Below the pieces are notes generated by a model, which was not told the DNA's origin, ran no database searches, and saw only the letters and a list, made by a program, of their open reading frames with translations. The translations under genes were made by a program, and so were the position numbers. Below are positions 16,264 through 24,682 of a DNA stretch of 64,000 bases, piece by piece. Where the stretch lies: the NCBI GenBank assembly GCA_035631035.1, contig DASQJL010000096.1:1234-65233 (forward strand), in the 5' to 3' direction. This stretch comes from Candidatus Binatia bacterium. GTDB taxonomy: Bacteria; Eisenbacteria; RBG-16-71-46; SZUA-252. The number at the start of each line of letters is the position of its first letter. Within the stretch, counting starts at the first letter, position 1.

Positions 16264-19050
16264 CTAGGGGAGGATCGAGATCCGCTTTCCGAGCGAGACC
16301 TCGACGGCCTCGTCGGTGTCGTGCGTCCCTTCGGGAATGAGCCGCCAGATGCGCTCCACCCGCCCCTGGATGGAAAGGGCGGCATCGCCGAGGCCGGGCA
16401 CGCGCAGGAAGGAGATCTGGAGCCGGCCGCCCGCGCGGTCCTCGCTGCGACCCTGCAGCTCGTAGTCGCGGGAGATGTACGAGAGGAAGGGTGTCACGAG
16501 GAGGCGGCTCGGCGACGCCTCCCAGCGCACTTCGAGGGTTCCCTGGATCGTCATGTCTCTCAAGTGGAGGTCGCGGTTTTCGTCGCGCTCGATGCCGCCC
16601 GAGATCGTGCTCGTCACGCGGCCCGGATGGCGCCGCATCGACACGACGGAGCCCGCGAGCACGCGGCGCTTCACGTTGACGCCCTTCTCGTCGTCGAAGG
16701 TCCCCACGTCGAAGCGCGCGGTCGTCCGTCCGCCCATCGGCTCCGATGCCGTGAATTCGGTGGCGAGCCGGGTCTGGGTGAAGTCGGTCTGCGATCCGGT
16801 CTGCCGGATGCGGATGATCGAGGGCGAGACCCAGCTGTCCTGGTTGAGCGAGAACGTGGCCCCGGCGCTCATCCGCTCGGCCGTGACCGGCGGCGCGCCC
16901 GAGGAGGCGTCTTCGGGGCGCTCGCGCCGATAGTTGGCGAAGGCCTTCCAGCGAAGGACCGGGCGGGCCAGGTCCACCGCGAACCCCTTGCGGTCGGAGA
17001 TGGCGTAGGGGTTCAGGGCGGTGGCCAGCGAGGGCTGGTAGCGGAACGCCTCGGCGCGCGCCTGGAACCGCGCGACGGTCCCCGTGATCTCGCCCCGCGC
17101 CCCGGTGCGCGTGCGTCCGGTCTCCACGCCCGCGATCGTCCGGTGGCGCACGCTGGCGATGTCGGCGAGGAGGCTCCACCGCGCCAGGATCAGCGAGGCC
17201 GAGCCGCCGTAGATCACCCGCGCGTGGGTGGCCGTCTCCGCGCCGCCCGGGGTGGCGTCCTCGTGCGTGTAGCCGCCGTAGAGCGAGGCGCGCAGACGAT
17301 CGGGCAGGAGCACGCGCGTGAGCCGCGCCGCGTAGAGATCGGACCGCGCGTCCCGAAGCGGGCCGCCCGCCGAGCGGGGGTGCGATTCGAGCGCCATGTA
17401 GCCCTCGAACGTGCCGAGGGTGGGGCTGGTGAGCATCGCCTGGGAGGCGCGGCGCGGAACCGGGCTCGCGAGAAGGGGCGCCCCCGAAGCGAGCGCGGGA
17501 GCCAGATCGCCCCATTCCACCGCGGCGTGCGTCGACTGGTACCGCGCCAGGAATTGCTCCGGCGACGCGCTCCCGTTCTGCACGTCGTCGAAGCGGACGC
17601 GGCTCGTCACGCGCGCCTCCAGGCTCTTCGTCGCGGAGAGCCCATAGTGCCCGCGGAAGGACGCCCAGCCGGTGACCGCGCTCCCTTCGTCGCGGAACTC
17701 GGACCGGCCGTCCGCGAGCCACGTGCTCTGCAGGCTGACGCGCGACGTGTCGGGGAGGGCCGCCGGGGGCGCGGGACCGCGAGGCGTGAGCCCGTTCGCG
17801 GGCGGCGCCGAGAGGAACGTGATCGGCTGGGCGGCCACCGTCTGCGGCGACTCGACCACGAACTGCAGACGATGCTCGCCGAACCGCCGGGTAGGAATCG
17901 AGCCGCGGGTCTCCACGACCACCGGCCGCCCCGACTCCATGAACCCCTCCTCGAACGCCACCGCCTCGCCGTCCAGGTAAAAGACCGAGCGGAAGTACCC
18001 CGTCCCGTCGCCGATCACCACGGCGCGCGGCTTCAGCGTGTCGCCCGCGCCGAAAACCGCGCCCGGAAGGGGCCATTCGAGGACGGCCGAGCGGATCACG
18101 GCGTTTCCGGCCAGTGCCGGCGTGAGGGCGACGGTGACCGGGCCGTTGAACGCGTCGAGCGTGGCGGGAACCTGCGTCTCGTCGACTCCGAGATAGGTGA
18201 TGCGGAGCGCGAGCCGGCCGTCGGGTGATTGCCGCGCCACGTCGCCGGGGACGGTGACCGGCACGCTGACGGTCGCGATCCCCTCGCGAGGGATCACGAA
18301 CGCCACGGGCACGGTCACGTCGAGCGCCGGAGCGCCCAACGCATCGGCCGTGGGCCAGATCTCGATATGCGCCGACGTGAGGTTGACCGCGTTGCCGGAC
18401 GTTTCCTGGAAGGTGGTGGTCACCGGGGTCGGCTCGCCGGGGACCAGCGTGAGCGACGTGGGCTGGGAGATCCGCTTCACCACCGCCGGCGGGAAGGTGC
18501 GGAAGTAGACGATCGGCTGGTCTCCCGCGGTGGCCGAATCGGGAGGCGGCCCCACGATCAGATTCACGCGCATGCCGTGCTGGTGTCCGAGCGTCATCGG
18601 CTGGGTCGGCTTGATGAACACGGTGTCGCCCAGCGCCGACCAGGTCGGCGTGTTCAGGTTGAGGAGCACGCCGTTCAGGGAATCGAGATCCGCGACGGAG
18701 AAGATGCCGCGCTTGGAGGTCGCCTGGTCGAAGACGAAGTAGAGGGTCGCGTTGGCGGCGACGTGGTTGTCGCCATCGCGCGGATAGCTGTCGATCATGC
18801 GGGGGGGAAGCGCCGCGCCGGCGCCGGGAAGGGCCGGGGTCTTCGGGAGGAGCGCCGCCGGAGTCCCGAACGGAGTCGCGAACGGCCGCTCCGCACCGAT
18901 ATCCCTGGAGTGATCGCGCGCGGGTGCGGTCACCGCAGGCGCCCTGCCACGGGGCGCCGCGTCCGCTCGCGGCGTCGCGAGCGCCGCCATCGCGAGCAGG
19001 GTCAGGAACGCCGCTCCCTGGAGAGACCGGTGCCGAACGGCGGAACGCAT
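16264..19050 (-). CDS. large secreted protein: N-terminal SbsA-type Ig-like domains plus C-terminal beta-strand-rich (possible outer-membrane barrel) region
   Basis: Signal peptide, then YPRDGDNHVAANATLYFVFDQ (SbsA-Ig-like signature). The C-terminal roughly 450 aa shows alternating hydrophobic/polar beta-strand periodicity. Confidence 0.75.
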   Translation of the reverse strand: MRSAVRHRSLQGAAFLTLLAMAALATPRADAAPRGRAPAVTAPARDHSRDIGAERPFATPFGTPAALLPKTPALPGAGAALPPRMIDSYPRDGDNHVAANATLYFVFDQATSKRGIFSVADLDSLNGVLLNLNTPTWSALGDTVFIKPTQPMTLGHQHGMRVNLIVGPPPDSATAGDQPIVYFRTFPPAVVKRISQPTSLTLVPGEPTPVTTTFQETSGNAVNLTSAHIEIWPTADALGAPALDVTVPVAFVIPREGIATVSVPVTVPGDVARQSPDGRLALRITYLGVDETQVPATLDAFNGPVTVALTPALAGNAVIRSAVLEWPLPGAVFGAGDTLKPRAVVIGDGTGYFRSVFYLDGEAVAFEEGFMESGRPVVVETRGSIPTRRFGEHRLQFVVESPQTVAAQPITFLSAPPANGLTPRGPAPPAALPDTSRVSLQSTWLADGRSEFRDEGSAVTGWASFRGHYGLSATKSLEARVTSRVRFDDVQNGSASPEQFLARYQSTHAAVEWGDLAPALASGAPLLASPVPRRASQAMLTSPTLGTFEGYMALESHPRSAGGPLRDARSDLYAARLTRVLLPDRLRASLYGGYTHEDATPGGAETATHARVIYGGSASLILARWSLLADIASVRHRTIAGVETGRTRTGARGEITGTVARFQARAEAFRYQPSLATALNPYAISDRKGFAVDLARPVLRWKAFANYRRERPEDASSGAPPVTAERMSAGATFSLNQDSWVSPSIIRIRQTGSQTDFTQTRLATEFTASEPMGGRTTARFDVGTFDDEKGVNVKRRVLAGSVVSMRRHPGRVTSTISGGIERDENRDLHLRDMTIQGTLEVRWEASPSRLLVTPFLSYISRDYELQGRSEDRAGGRLQISFLRVPGLGDAALSIQGRVERIWRLIPEGTHDTDEAVEVSLGKRISILP

Positions 19051-19132
19051 ACGGATCAGGAGCGTCGTCTCCTCAGAGGCGCCGGGAATGGGGTTGCGGG
19101 ACCAGAGCGGCCAACCGTATCATGGAGGGTCT

Positions 19133-20272
19133 ATGGTGGCAAGAAAACGAACTGCGGCAACGACTTCGAGGCGCAAGGCGGCCGTTCGCAAGAAGCCGCT
19201 CTCCAGGCCCTTGGCGCGTCGGGGCGCTCCCTCGAAGCGCATTCCGGTCGCCGTGCTCGGCGCCACCGGAACGGTAGGGCAGCGCTTCATCCAGCTTCTC
19301 GAAAACCACCCCTGGTTCGAGCTGGCCGAGGTCATGGCCTCCGACCAGAGCGCCGGAAAGCGCTACGAAGAGGCGGCCGGAAGCCGCTGGAAGCTGCCGA
19401 CCGCGATTCCCGCCGCGGCGCGCGCCCTTCGGGTGAAGGGACCGCGCGAGCGCCTGACCTCGCACCTCCTCTTTTCCGCCTTGGACGCCTCGGTCGCCGG
19501 AGAGCTGGAGGAGCAATTCGCCCGCGCCGGACACCTGGTCTCCTCCAACGCGCGGAACCACCGGATGGATCCGCTCGTCCCGCTCGTCATCCCCGAGATC
19601 AACCGGGACCATCTGGAGATCCTCGACCGCCAGCCCTACGGCGACGGCGGCATCGTCACCAATCCGAATTGCTCCACGATCGTGCTCGCTCTCGCCCTGG
19701 CGCCGCTCCACCGCCGCTTCGGTGTCGAAGCGGTGATCGTGACCACGTTCCAGGCCACCAGCGGCGCCGGCTATCCCGGCGTGCCCTCGCTCGACATCCT
19801 TGGGAACGTCGTCCCGTTCGTTTCGGGGGAAGAGCCGAAGATGGAGAGCGAGACGCAGAAGATCCTGGGCAGCCTGAACGGACGCGGCTTCGAGCCGGCC
19901 ACGTTCGCGGTGAGCGCGCAGTGCCATCGCGTGCCCGTGATCGACGGCCACCTCGAAGCGGTGAGCCTGCGCCTCTCCGGCAGTCCCAGCAGGAAGCAGG
20001 TCGCCGAGACCCTGGCCGCCTTCCGCCCGCTCGCCAAGCTGGACCTGCCGAGCGCGCCCGCGGAGCCGATCGTGATTCGTACCGAGGAGGACCGTCCCCA
20101 GCCGCGCCTGGACGCCGACCGCGCGGGCGGCATGGGGGTCACCGTCGGCCGGCTCCGTCCCTGCCCGGTGCTTCAATGGAAATTCGAAGCGCTTGCGCAC
20201 AACACGATCCGCGGCGCCGCCGGCGCGGCGATCCTGAATGCGGAAATCCTGGTCCGTGACGGCCGTCTCTGA
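19133..20272 (+). CDS. asd: aspartate-semialdehyde dehydrogenase
   Basis: GATGTVGQ NAD(P)-binding motif and the NPNCST active-site motif. A 34-aa basic N-terminal extension precedes the conserved core. GGAGGG lies only 3 nt before this ATG; an alternative TTG start further in gives MARRGAPSKRIPV... Confidence 0.85.
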   Translation: MVARKRTAATTSRRKAAVRKKPLSRPLARRGAPSKRIPVAVLGATGTVGQRFIQLLENHPWFELAEVMASDQSAGKRYEEAAGSRWKLPTAIPAAARALRVKGPRERLTSHLLFSALDASVAGELEEQFARAGHLVSSNARNHRMDPLVPLVIPEINRDHLEILDRQPYGDGGIVTNPNCSTIVLALALAPLHRRFGVEAVIVTTFQATSGAGYPGVPSLDILGNVVPFVSGEEPKMESETQKILGSLNGRGFEPATFAVSAQCHRVPVIDGHLEAVSLRLSGSPSRKQVAETLAAFRPLAKLDLPSAPAEPIVIRTEEDRPQPRLDADRAGGMGVTVGRLRPCPVLQWKFEALAHNTIRGAAGAAILNAEILVRDGRL

Positions 20273-20870
20273 GGCGCGTACGACGACCGCCGGCCGCGAC
20301 ATCGTGTTCGTGCGCCACGGCGAGACCGACTGGAATCGCGAGCGGCGGGTCCAGGGGTCCGAGGGTCCCGCGCTGAACGACGCCGGGCGGGACCAGGCCA
20401 AGGCGCTGGCGCGCTCCCTCTGGGAAGTTCCGCTGGCCGCCGTCTACACGAGCGCGCTTCCGCGCGCCCAGGAGACCGCCGCGTACGTGGCCGGGCCGCA
20501 CTCGCTCAACATCCACGTGGATCCCCGCCTGAACGAGATCCATCACGGCGCGTGGGAGGGACTCGCGGAAGAGGAGCTGCCCGACCTGGCGCTGTACCGC
20601 CGCTGGCGCGACGATCCGACCTCCTGCACCCTCCCCGGAGCCGAGCCGCTCGAGGCCGTGCACGAGCGCGCGGTCCTTGCGATGAAGGAGATCGTGGCGA
20701 AGCACCCCGGCAAAGAGGGGCTCATCGCCGTCGTAAGCCATCAGGTGGTGCTCGCGCTGCTCAAGTGCTACGTCCTGGACCAGCCCTGGAGCCGGATCCG
20801 GAAGAACGCGCTCGGCGTCGCGTCCTACGAAGTGCTGACCGTGGGCGAGGGGTTCCAGCCCCGGTCCTGA
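20256..20870 (+). CDS. histidine phosphatase family protein (phosphoglycerate-mutase-like)
   Basis: RHGETDWN catalytic motif near the N-terminus and a second His in VVSHQVV. Overlaps the asd 3-prime end. Confidence 0.8.
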   Translation: MTAVSEARTTTAGRDIVFVRHGETDWNRERRVQGSEGPALNDAGRDQAKALARSLWEVPLAAVYTSALPRAQETAAYVAGPHSLNIHVDPRLNEIHHGAWEGLAEEELPDLALYRRWRDDPTSCTLPGAEPLEAVHERAVLAMKEIVAKHPGKEGLIAVVSHQVVLALLKCYVLDQPWSRIRKNALGVASYEVLTVGEGFQPRS

Positions 20871-20884
20871 CGAGGAGGAAAGCC

Positions 20885-21967
20885 GTGCGTTACCAAGAAT
20901 GGGTTTCCAGGGTCCTGATCGGGTGCGCCCCGCTCCTGCTCGCCGCCGTGCTCGGATGTCCCGCGCGGGCCACGCCTCCCGCGGCGGCCGCAGGCGACAG
21001 CATCGCATGCGTGCCGGTGATGGCCGACACCGGAATCGTCGACACCGATCCCACGCCCTCGCCCGACGGCAAGTGGCTCGCCTATACGAGCGGCCAGGAT
21101 TCCCTTCGCCAGATCTGGGTCAAGCCGATCGACGGCGCCGACCGCGGCCGCCAGATCACGCACGATCCCGCTTCGGCGCGCGCCATGACGCCGACCTGGG
21201 CGCCCGACTCGAAATCGCTCCTCTTCATCTCGACCCGCACGAAGGACTACAACATCTACAGCGCTCCCGTGGAGGGCGGCGAGGCACGCGCCATGTCGGA
21301 TGCGCGCGCGAGCAATCGCTTCGCGGTCTACGCCCCCGACGGAAAAGAGATCGTCTTCCCCTCCAATCGCCAGAAGCCGGGGCAGATCTGGGGCTTCGAC
21401 CTCTACGTGATGGACGCGGCGGGGGAGAAGGCGAAGGAGCGCCCGGCGCGGCGGCTGACGAGCAACAACGGCAGCCCCGGGCATCCGACCTGGTCTCCCG
21501 ACGGCAAGTGGATCGCCTACGTCGCGAAGCCGATCGATACGACGAAGGTCGTGCAGGTGGGGCCGGGCATGACGATGCAGCAAGGGCCGATGTTCACCGC
21601 GTACCACCTCTGGAAGATGCCCGCGGGGGGCGGCGCCGAGCAGCAGCTCACCGGCATAGGCACCGAGTCGCAGCCGACCGAGGAGATCTGGCCGACCTGG
21701 TCGCCCGACGGGAAGTGGATCGCGGTGCAGCGCCGCGTGGGGCCTACCGACGACGTCTGGGTCTACGAAGTGGCGACCGGCACGTTCTACCCGGTCACCT
21801 CCTTCGGCAACGCGGGAAAACCGACCTGGTCGCCGGACGGCAAATCGATCTGGTTCGTCCGCGTGAACGGGAAGGATCACGACATCTGGCTGGCGAAGAA
21901 CGTCACCGCCGCGACCCTTCGCGCCAAGGCGAAACGGGACCCGCGGACGGCGACCGCCGTCCGCTAG
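20885..21967 (+). CDS. TolB-like PD40/WD40 beta-propeller lipoprotein
   Basis: GTG 5 nt after GAGGAGG; lipobox AAVLGC; repeated P(T)WSPDGK PD40 motifs. Confidence 0.8.
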   Translation: MRYQEWVSRVLIGCAPLLLAAVLGCPARATPPAAAAGDSIACVPVMADTGIVDTDPTPSPDGKWLAYTSGQDSLRQIWVKPIDGADRGRQITHDPASARAMTPTWAPDSKSLLFISTRTKDYNIYSAPVEGGEARAMSDARASNRFAVYAPDGKEIVFPSNRQKPGQIWGFDLYVMDAAGEKAKERPARRLTSNNGSPGHPTWSPDGKWIAYVAKPIDTTKVVQVGPGMTMQQGPMFTAYHLWKMPAGGGAEQQLTGIGTESQPTEEIWPTWSPDGKWIAVQRRVGPTDDVWVYEVATGTFYPVTSFGNAGKPTWSPDGKSIWFVRVNGKDHDIWLAKNVTAATLRAKAKRDPRTATAVR

Positions 21968-22401
21968 CGCACCACGATCGTTCCGGTCATCCCCTTCTTC
22001 ATGTGGCTGTCCACGCCGCAGTAGAAGTCGTATTCCCCCGGCTTCGTCGGCGTGAAGCGCACGTGCTTCGTGTGGTTGAACGAGATGATCCCGACGCTCC
22101 GGTCGATGTCGATGCCGGCGTCGCGCGCGTCGCACGTCATGTTGTGCGGGGTGAAGAGCGGCTTGAAGTGGAGCGTCAGTTCGACCGGCTTCCCCGCTTC
22201 GACCGTGATGCGGTTGGGATCGAAATAGAACGAGTGGACGTTCACGTCCACGCGCTGCACGCCGTCGGCATCCGCGCGGGCGGTCGCTTCCCGCACGCCG
22301 ATCTTGGCTCCGGACGTACCGCACCCGGCTAGCGCCGCGGTCAGGGCCAGGGCGACCGTGGCCACGCTCCCCATTCCCCTGAAACGCTTCGATGGCTTCA
22401 T
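21964..22401 (-). CDS. cupredoxin-like copper-binding lipoprotein
   Basis: Lipobox LAGC; HSFYF...YCGVDSHM(KKG)M type-1-copper-like His/Cys/His/Met ligand set. Confidence 0.75.
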   Translation of the reverse strand: MKPSKRFRGMGSVATVALALTAALAGCGTSGAKIGVREATARADADGVQRVDVNVHSFYFDPNRITVEAGKPVELTLHFKPLFTPHNMTCDARDAGIDIDRSVGIISFNHTKHVRFTPTKPGEYDFYCGVDSHMKKGMTGTIVVR

Positions 22402-22423
22402 GGTTTCCCCTGTGAGCCCGCTC

Positions 22424-23686
22424 CTACGGAGCGCGGAAAATGAGGCACGCGTTGGTGCCTCCGAACCCGAACGAATTGGAGATCACGGTTCGAATCGTCT
22501 CATTCCGCCCGCCCCCGGCAACGTAATCCAGGTCACAGTCCGGATCGGGGACCCGGAGATTCACGGTGCGGGGAAGGTACCCCTCCGCCAGCGAGAGGGA
22601 GGCGATGGCGGCCTCGAACGCGCCCGACGCGCCGAGGGCGTGGGCATGCATCCCCTTGGTGCCGCTCACCGGGATGCGGCGGGCCCGGTCGCCGAAGACT
22701 TCCTTGATCGCAATCGTCTCGACCCGGTCGTTCATCGGCGTGGAGGAGCCGTGCGCGTTCACGTGCTCGATCTCCTCGGGCGACAGCCGCGCGTCCCGGA
22801 GTGCCAGGCGCATCGCGCGGATGGCGTCCCGCCCTTCGGGGTGTGGCGCCGTCATGTGATACGCGTCGTTGGTCGTGCCGAATCCGGCCACCTCGGCATA
22901 GATGCGCGTCCCCCGCGCCAGGGCGTGGCCCATCTCCTCGAGCACGAGAACCGCGGCGCCCTCGGCCATCACGAATCCGTCCCGCCGGGCGTCGAAGGGG
23001 CGCGAGGCCTCCGGGGGCTCGTCGTTCGAGGTCGACATCGCGCGGATCACCGCGAACGCCGTGAAGGTGAGGGGCGCGAGCGGCGCCTCGACGCCTCCGG
23101 CGAGGACCACCTTGGCCAGTCCGTCGCGGATCAGCCGAAGCCCCTCGCCGATCGCGATCGAGCCGGAGGCGCACGAGTTCGAGTTGCCGATGGCGGGGCC
23201 GCGCGAGCCGATCTCGATCGCCACCTGGCAGGCGCCGGCGCCGGCGAAGACGCGGAGCGCCAGGCTGGGCGGCACCGATCGCGGTCCCGCCTGGAGGAAC
23301 TGGGCGTGGTCGGCCTCGGCGGAGGGGACACCCCCCAGAGCGGAACCGATCGCGACGGCCGCGTCTTCGGGGTGCACCGCCCCGCGCCCGGTCCCGACGG
23401 CGATCCCCGCGTCGTCGAGGGCCATGCGGGAGGCGGCCACGGAGAACTGCGCGAACCGGTCCAGGCGGTGCCGTCGCTTTCCTTCGAAATGGGCGCCGGG
23501 ATCGAAGTCGGGCACCTCGCCCGCGATGCGCGTCCGGAGCGGCGAGGCGTCGAAGCGGGTGATCGGTCCGACGCCGCGGCGGCCCTCGCGGATCCCCTGC
23601 CAGAAGGCGGGCCGCCCCGTGCCGATCGGCGTGATCAGGCCGAAGCCGGTCACGGCGCAGCGATGGGCCGGCGGAGGGGCGATCAT
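22424..23686 (-). CDS. beta-ketoacyl-[ACP] synthase (KAS I/II family)
   Basis: Active-site Cys in NSCASG; two catalytic His (HGSSTP, GHALGASG); C-terminal GFGGTN. Confidence 0.9.
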   Translation of the reverse strand: MIAPPPAHRCAVTGFGLITPIGTGRPAFWQGIREGRRGVGPITRFDASPLRTRIAGEVPDFDPGAHFEGKRRHRLDRFAQFSVAASRMALDDAGIAVGTGRGAVHPEDAAVAIGSALGGVPSAEADHAQFLQAGPRSVPPSLALRVFAGAGACQVAIEIGSRGPAIGNSNSCASGSIAIGEGLRLIRDGLAKVVLAGGVEAPLAPLTFTAFAVIRAMSTSNDEPPEASRPFDARRDGFVMAEGAAVLVLEEMGHALARGTRIYAEVAGFGTTNDAYHMTAPHPEGRDAIRAMRLALRDARLSPEEIEHVNAHGSSTPMNDRVETIAIKEVFGDRARRIPVSGTKGMHAHALGASGAFEAAIASLSLAEGYLPRTVNLRVPDPDCDLDYVAGGGRNETIRTVISNSFGFGGTNACLIFRAP

Positions 23687-24186
23687 GCGGGCGCCTGGGC
23701 GTCCGCCGGAAGCGCGCCCCGGCCCGTCTCCGGCGCCTCGGCGAGCGACTTGAAGCGGCGGAGCGTCGCGCCCGCGATCGGCTCGATGAACTGCGGGGCG
23801 AGGACGCGCTCGGCGAGAAAACGGCCCATCGGCCGGGGGCCGAAGCGGAATTCGAGATCGTGCGTGATCGTCGCGCGGGTTCCTTCCCGCGCGCCGTCGC
23901 GCTCGGGCTGGAACGTCCAGAGGACGTCCATGCCGCGGGTCACGCCGCCCACGTGCCGGAAGCGGATCGTGCGGGAAGCGGCGTCGGGAGTCTGCTCCGC
24001 CTCCCAGAAGACCGGGATCGGGCCGCGGCGCGCGCTCATGCGCGCCCGCACGACGCTGCCGCTGCGCCCCGTCACCCGGACGTAGCGGTAGTGGGGGAGG
24101 AGCATCGGCCAGCGGTCGAGAGCGGCGACCAGCGGGAACACGCGGTCGGGGGGTGCCGCGATCCAGATGGAAACCGACGAGTGCAT
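23683..24186 (-). CDS. SRPBCC (Bet v1-like; polyketide cyclase/dehydrase / RatA-like) protein
   Basis: Fold-level similarity (WIAAPPDRVF...W). Its stop overlaps the KAS start in an ATGA arrangement. Confidence 0.75.
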   Translation of the reverse strand: MHSSVSIWIAAPPDRVFPLVAALDRWPMLLPHYRYVRVTGRSGSVVRARMSARRGPIPVFWEAEQTPDAASRTIRFRHVGGVTRGMDVLWTFQPERDGAREGTRATITHDLEFRFGPRPMGRFLAERVLAPQFIEPIAGATLRRFKSLAEAPETGRGALPADAQAPA

Positions 24187-24204
24187 CGGATGACGTCCTT
24201 GCGT

Positions 24205-24639
24205 CTAGCGAACCCGGCGGGGAGGCTCGTTCCGGCGCATCCGCGAAGCCACGGCGTCGATCGAGACGCCGACCTGCTTCGCGATCGCCTTCCAGTCCTG
24301 GCCATCGCGGCGCATCTCCACGATCTGGTCGGGAAGCGTGGCCGACTGGCGTCTCGAGGCGCGCGCGAACCCGTACACCATGGCGATCTCGCCGTAGCCC
24401 AGCGCCCAGCCGTCGTGCCTCGCCCGCAGCGTGTCCTCGGGCATGGCGAGCTGGGCGGCCAGCTGTTTCACCACCCTGGCCTCGCCCTCGGGGGTCGATG
24501 CCTCGCGGTCGATGCGCGCCACGGAGCGCTGGATGCGCTGCAGGGCGGTCTCCTTGGTCGCGACGCCGGCGGCGGCCTGCGCGGGGAGCGCCGTGGCCAG
24601 GAGGAGCAGCGCGGCGATCACGTGCGAGCGAACGGGCAT
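24205..24639 (-). CDS. hypothetical exported protein with C-terminal HTH-like segment
   Basis: Signal peptide MPVRSHVIAALLLLATALPAQAAAG. The C-terminus DWKAIAKQVGVSIDAVASRMRR resembles a sigma70-region-4/LuxR-type helix-turn-helix. Confidence 0.5.
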   Translation of the reverse strand: MPVRSHVIAALLLLATALPAQAAAGVATKETALQRIQRSVARIDREASTPEGEARVVKQLAAQLAMPEDTLRARHDGWALGYGEIAMVYGFARASRRQSATLPDQIVEMRRDGQDWKAIAKQVGVSIDAVASRMRRNEPPRRVR

Positions 24640-24682
24640 GTCGAGATCCTCCCTGGAAGTGGAACGGCTCGGTCCCGGGACT

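Noticed and set aside
14976-18228. Long track ORFs 14976..16385 (-), 15308..18076 (-) and 16321..18228 (+)
   Set aside because: Only the 3-prime 245 codons of 15308..18076 look real (the lipoprotein). The rest is R/G-rich and overlaps the well-supported 16264..19050 gene in other frames.
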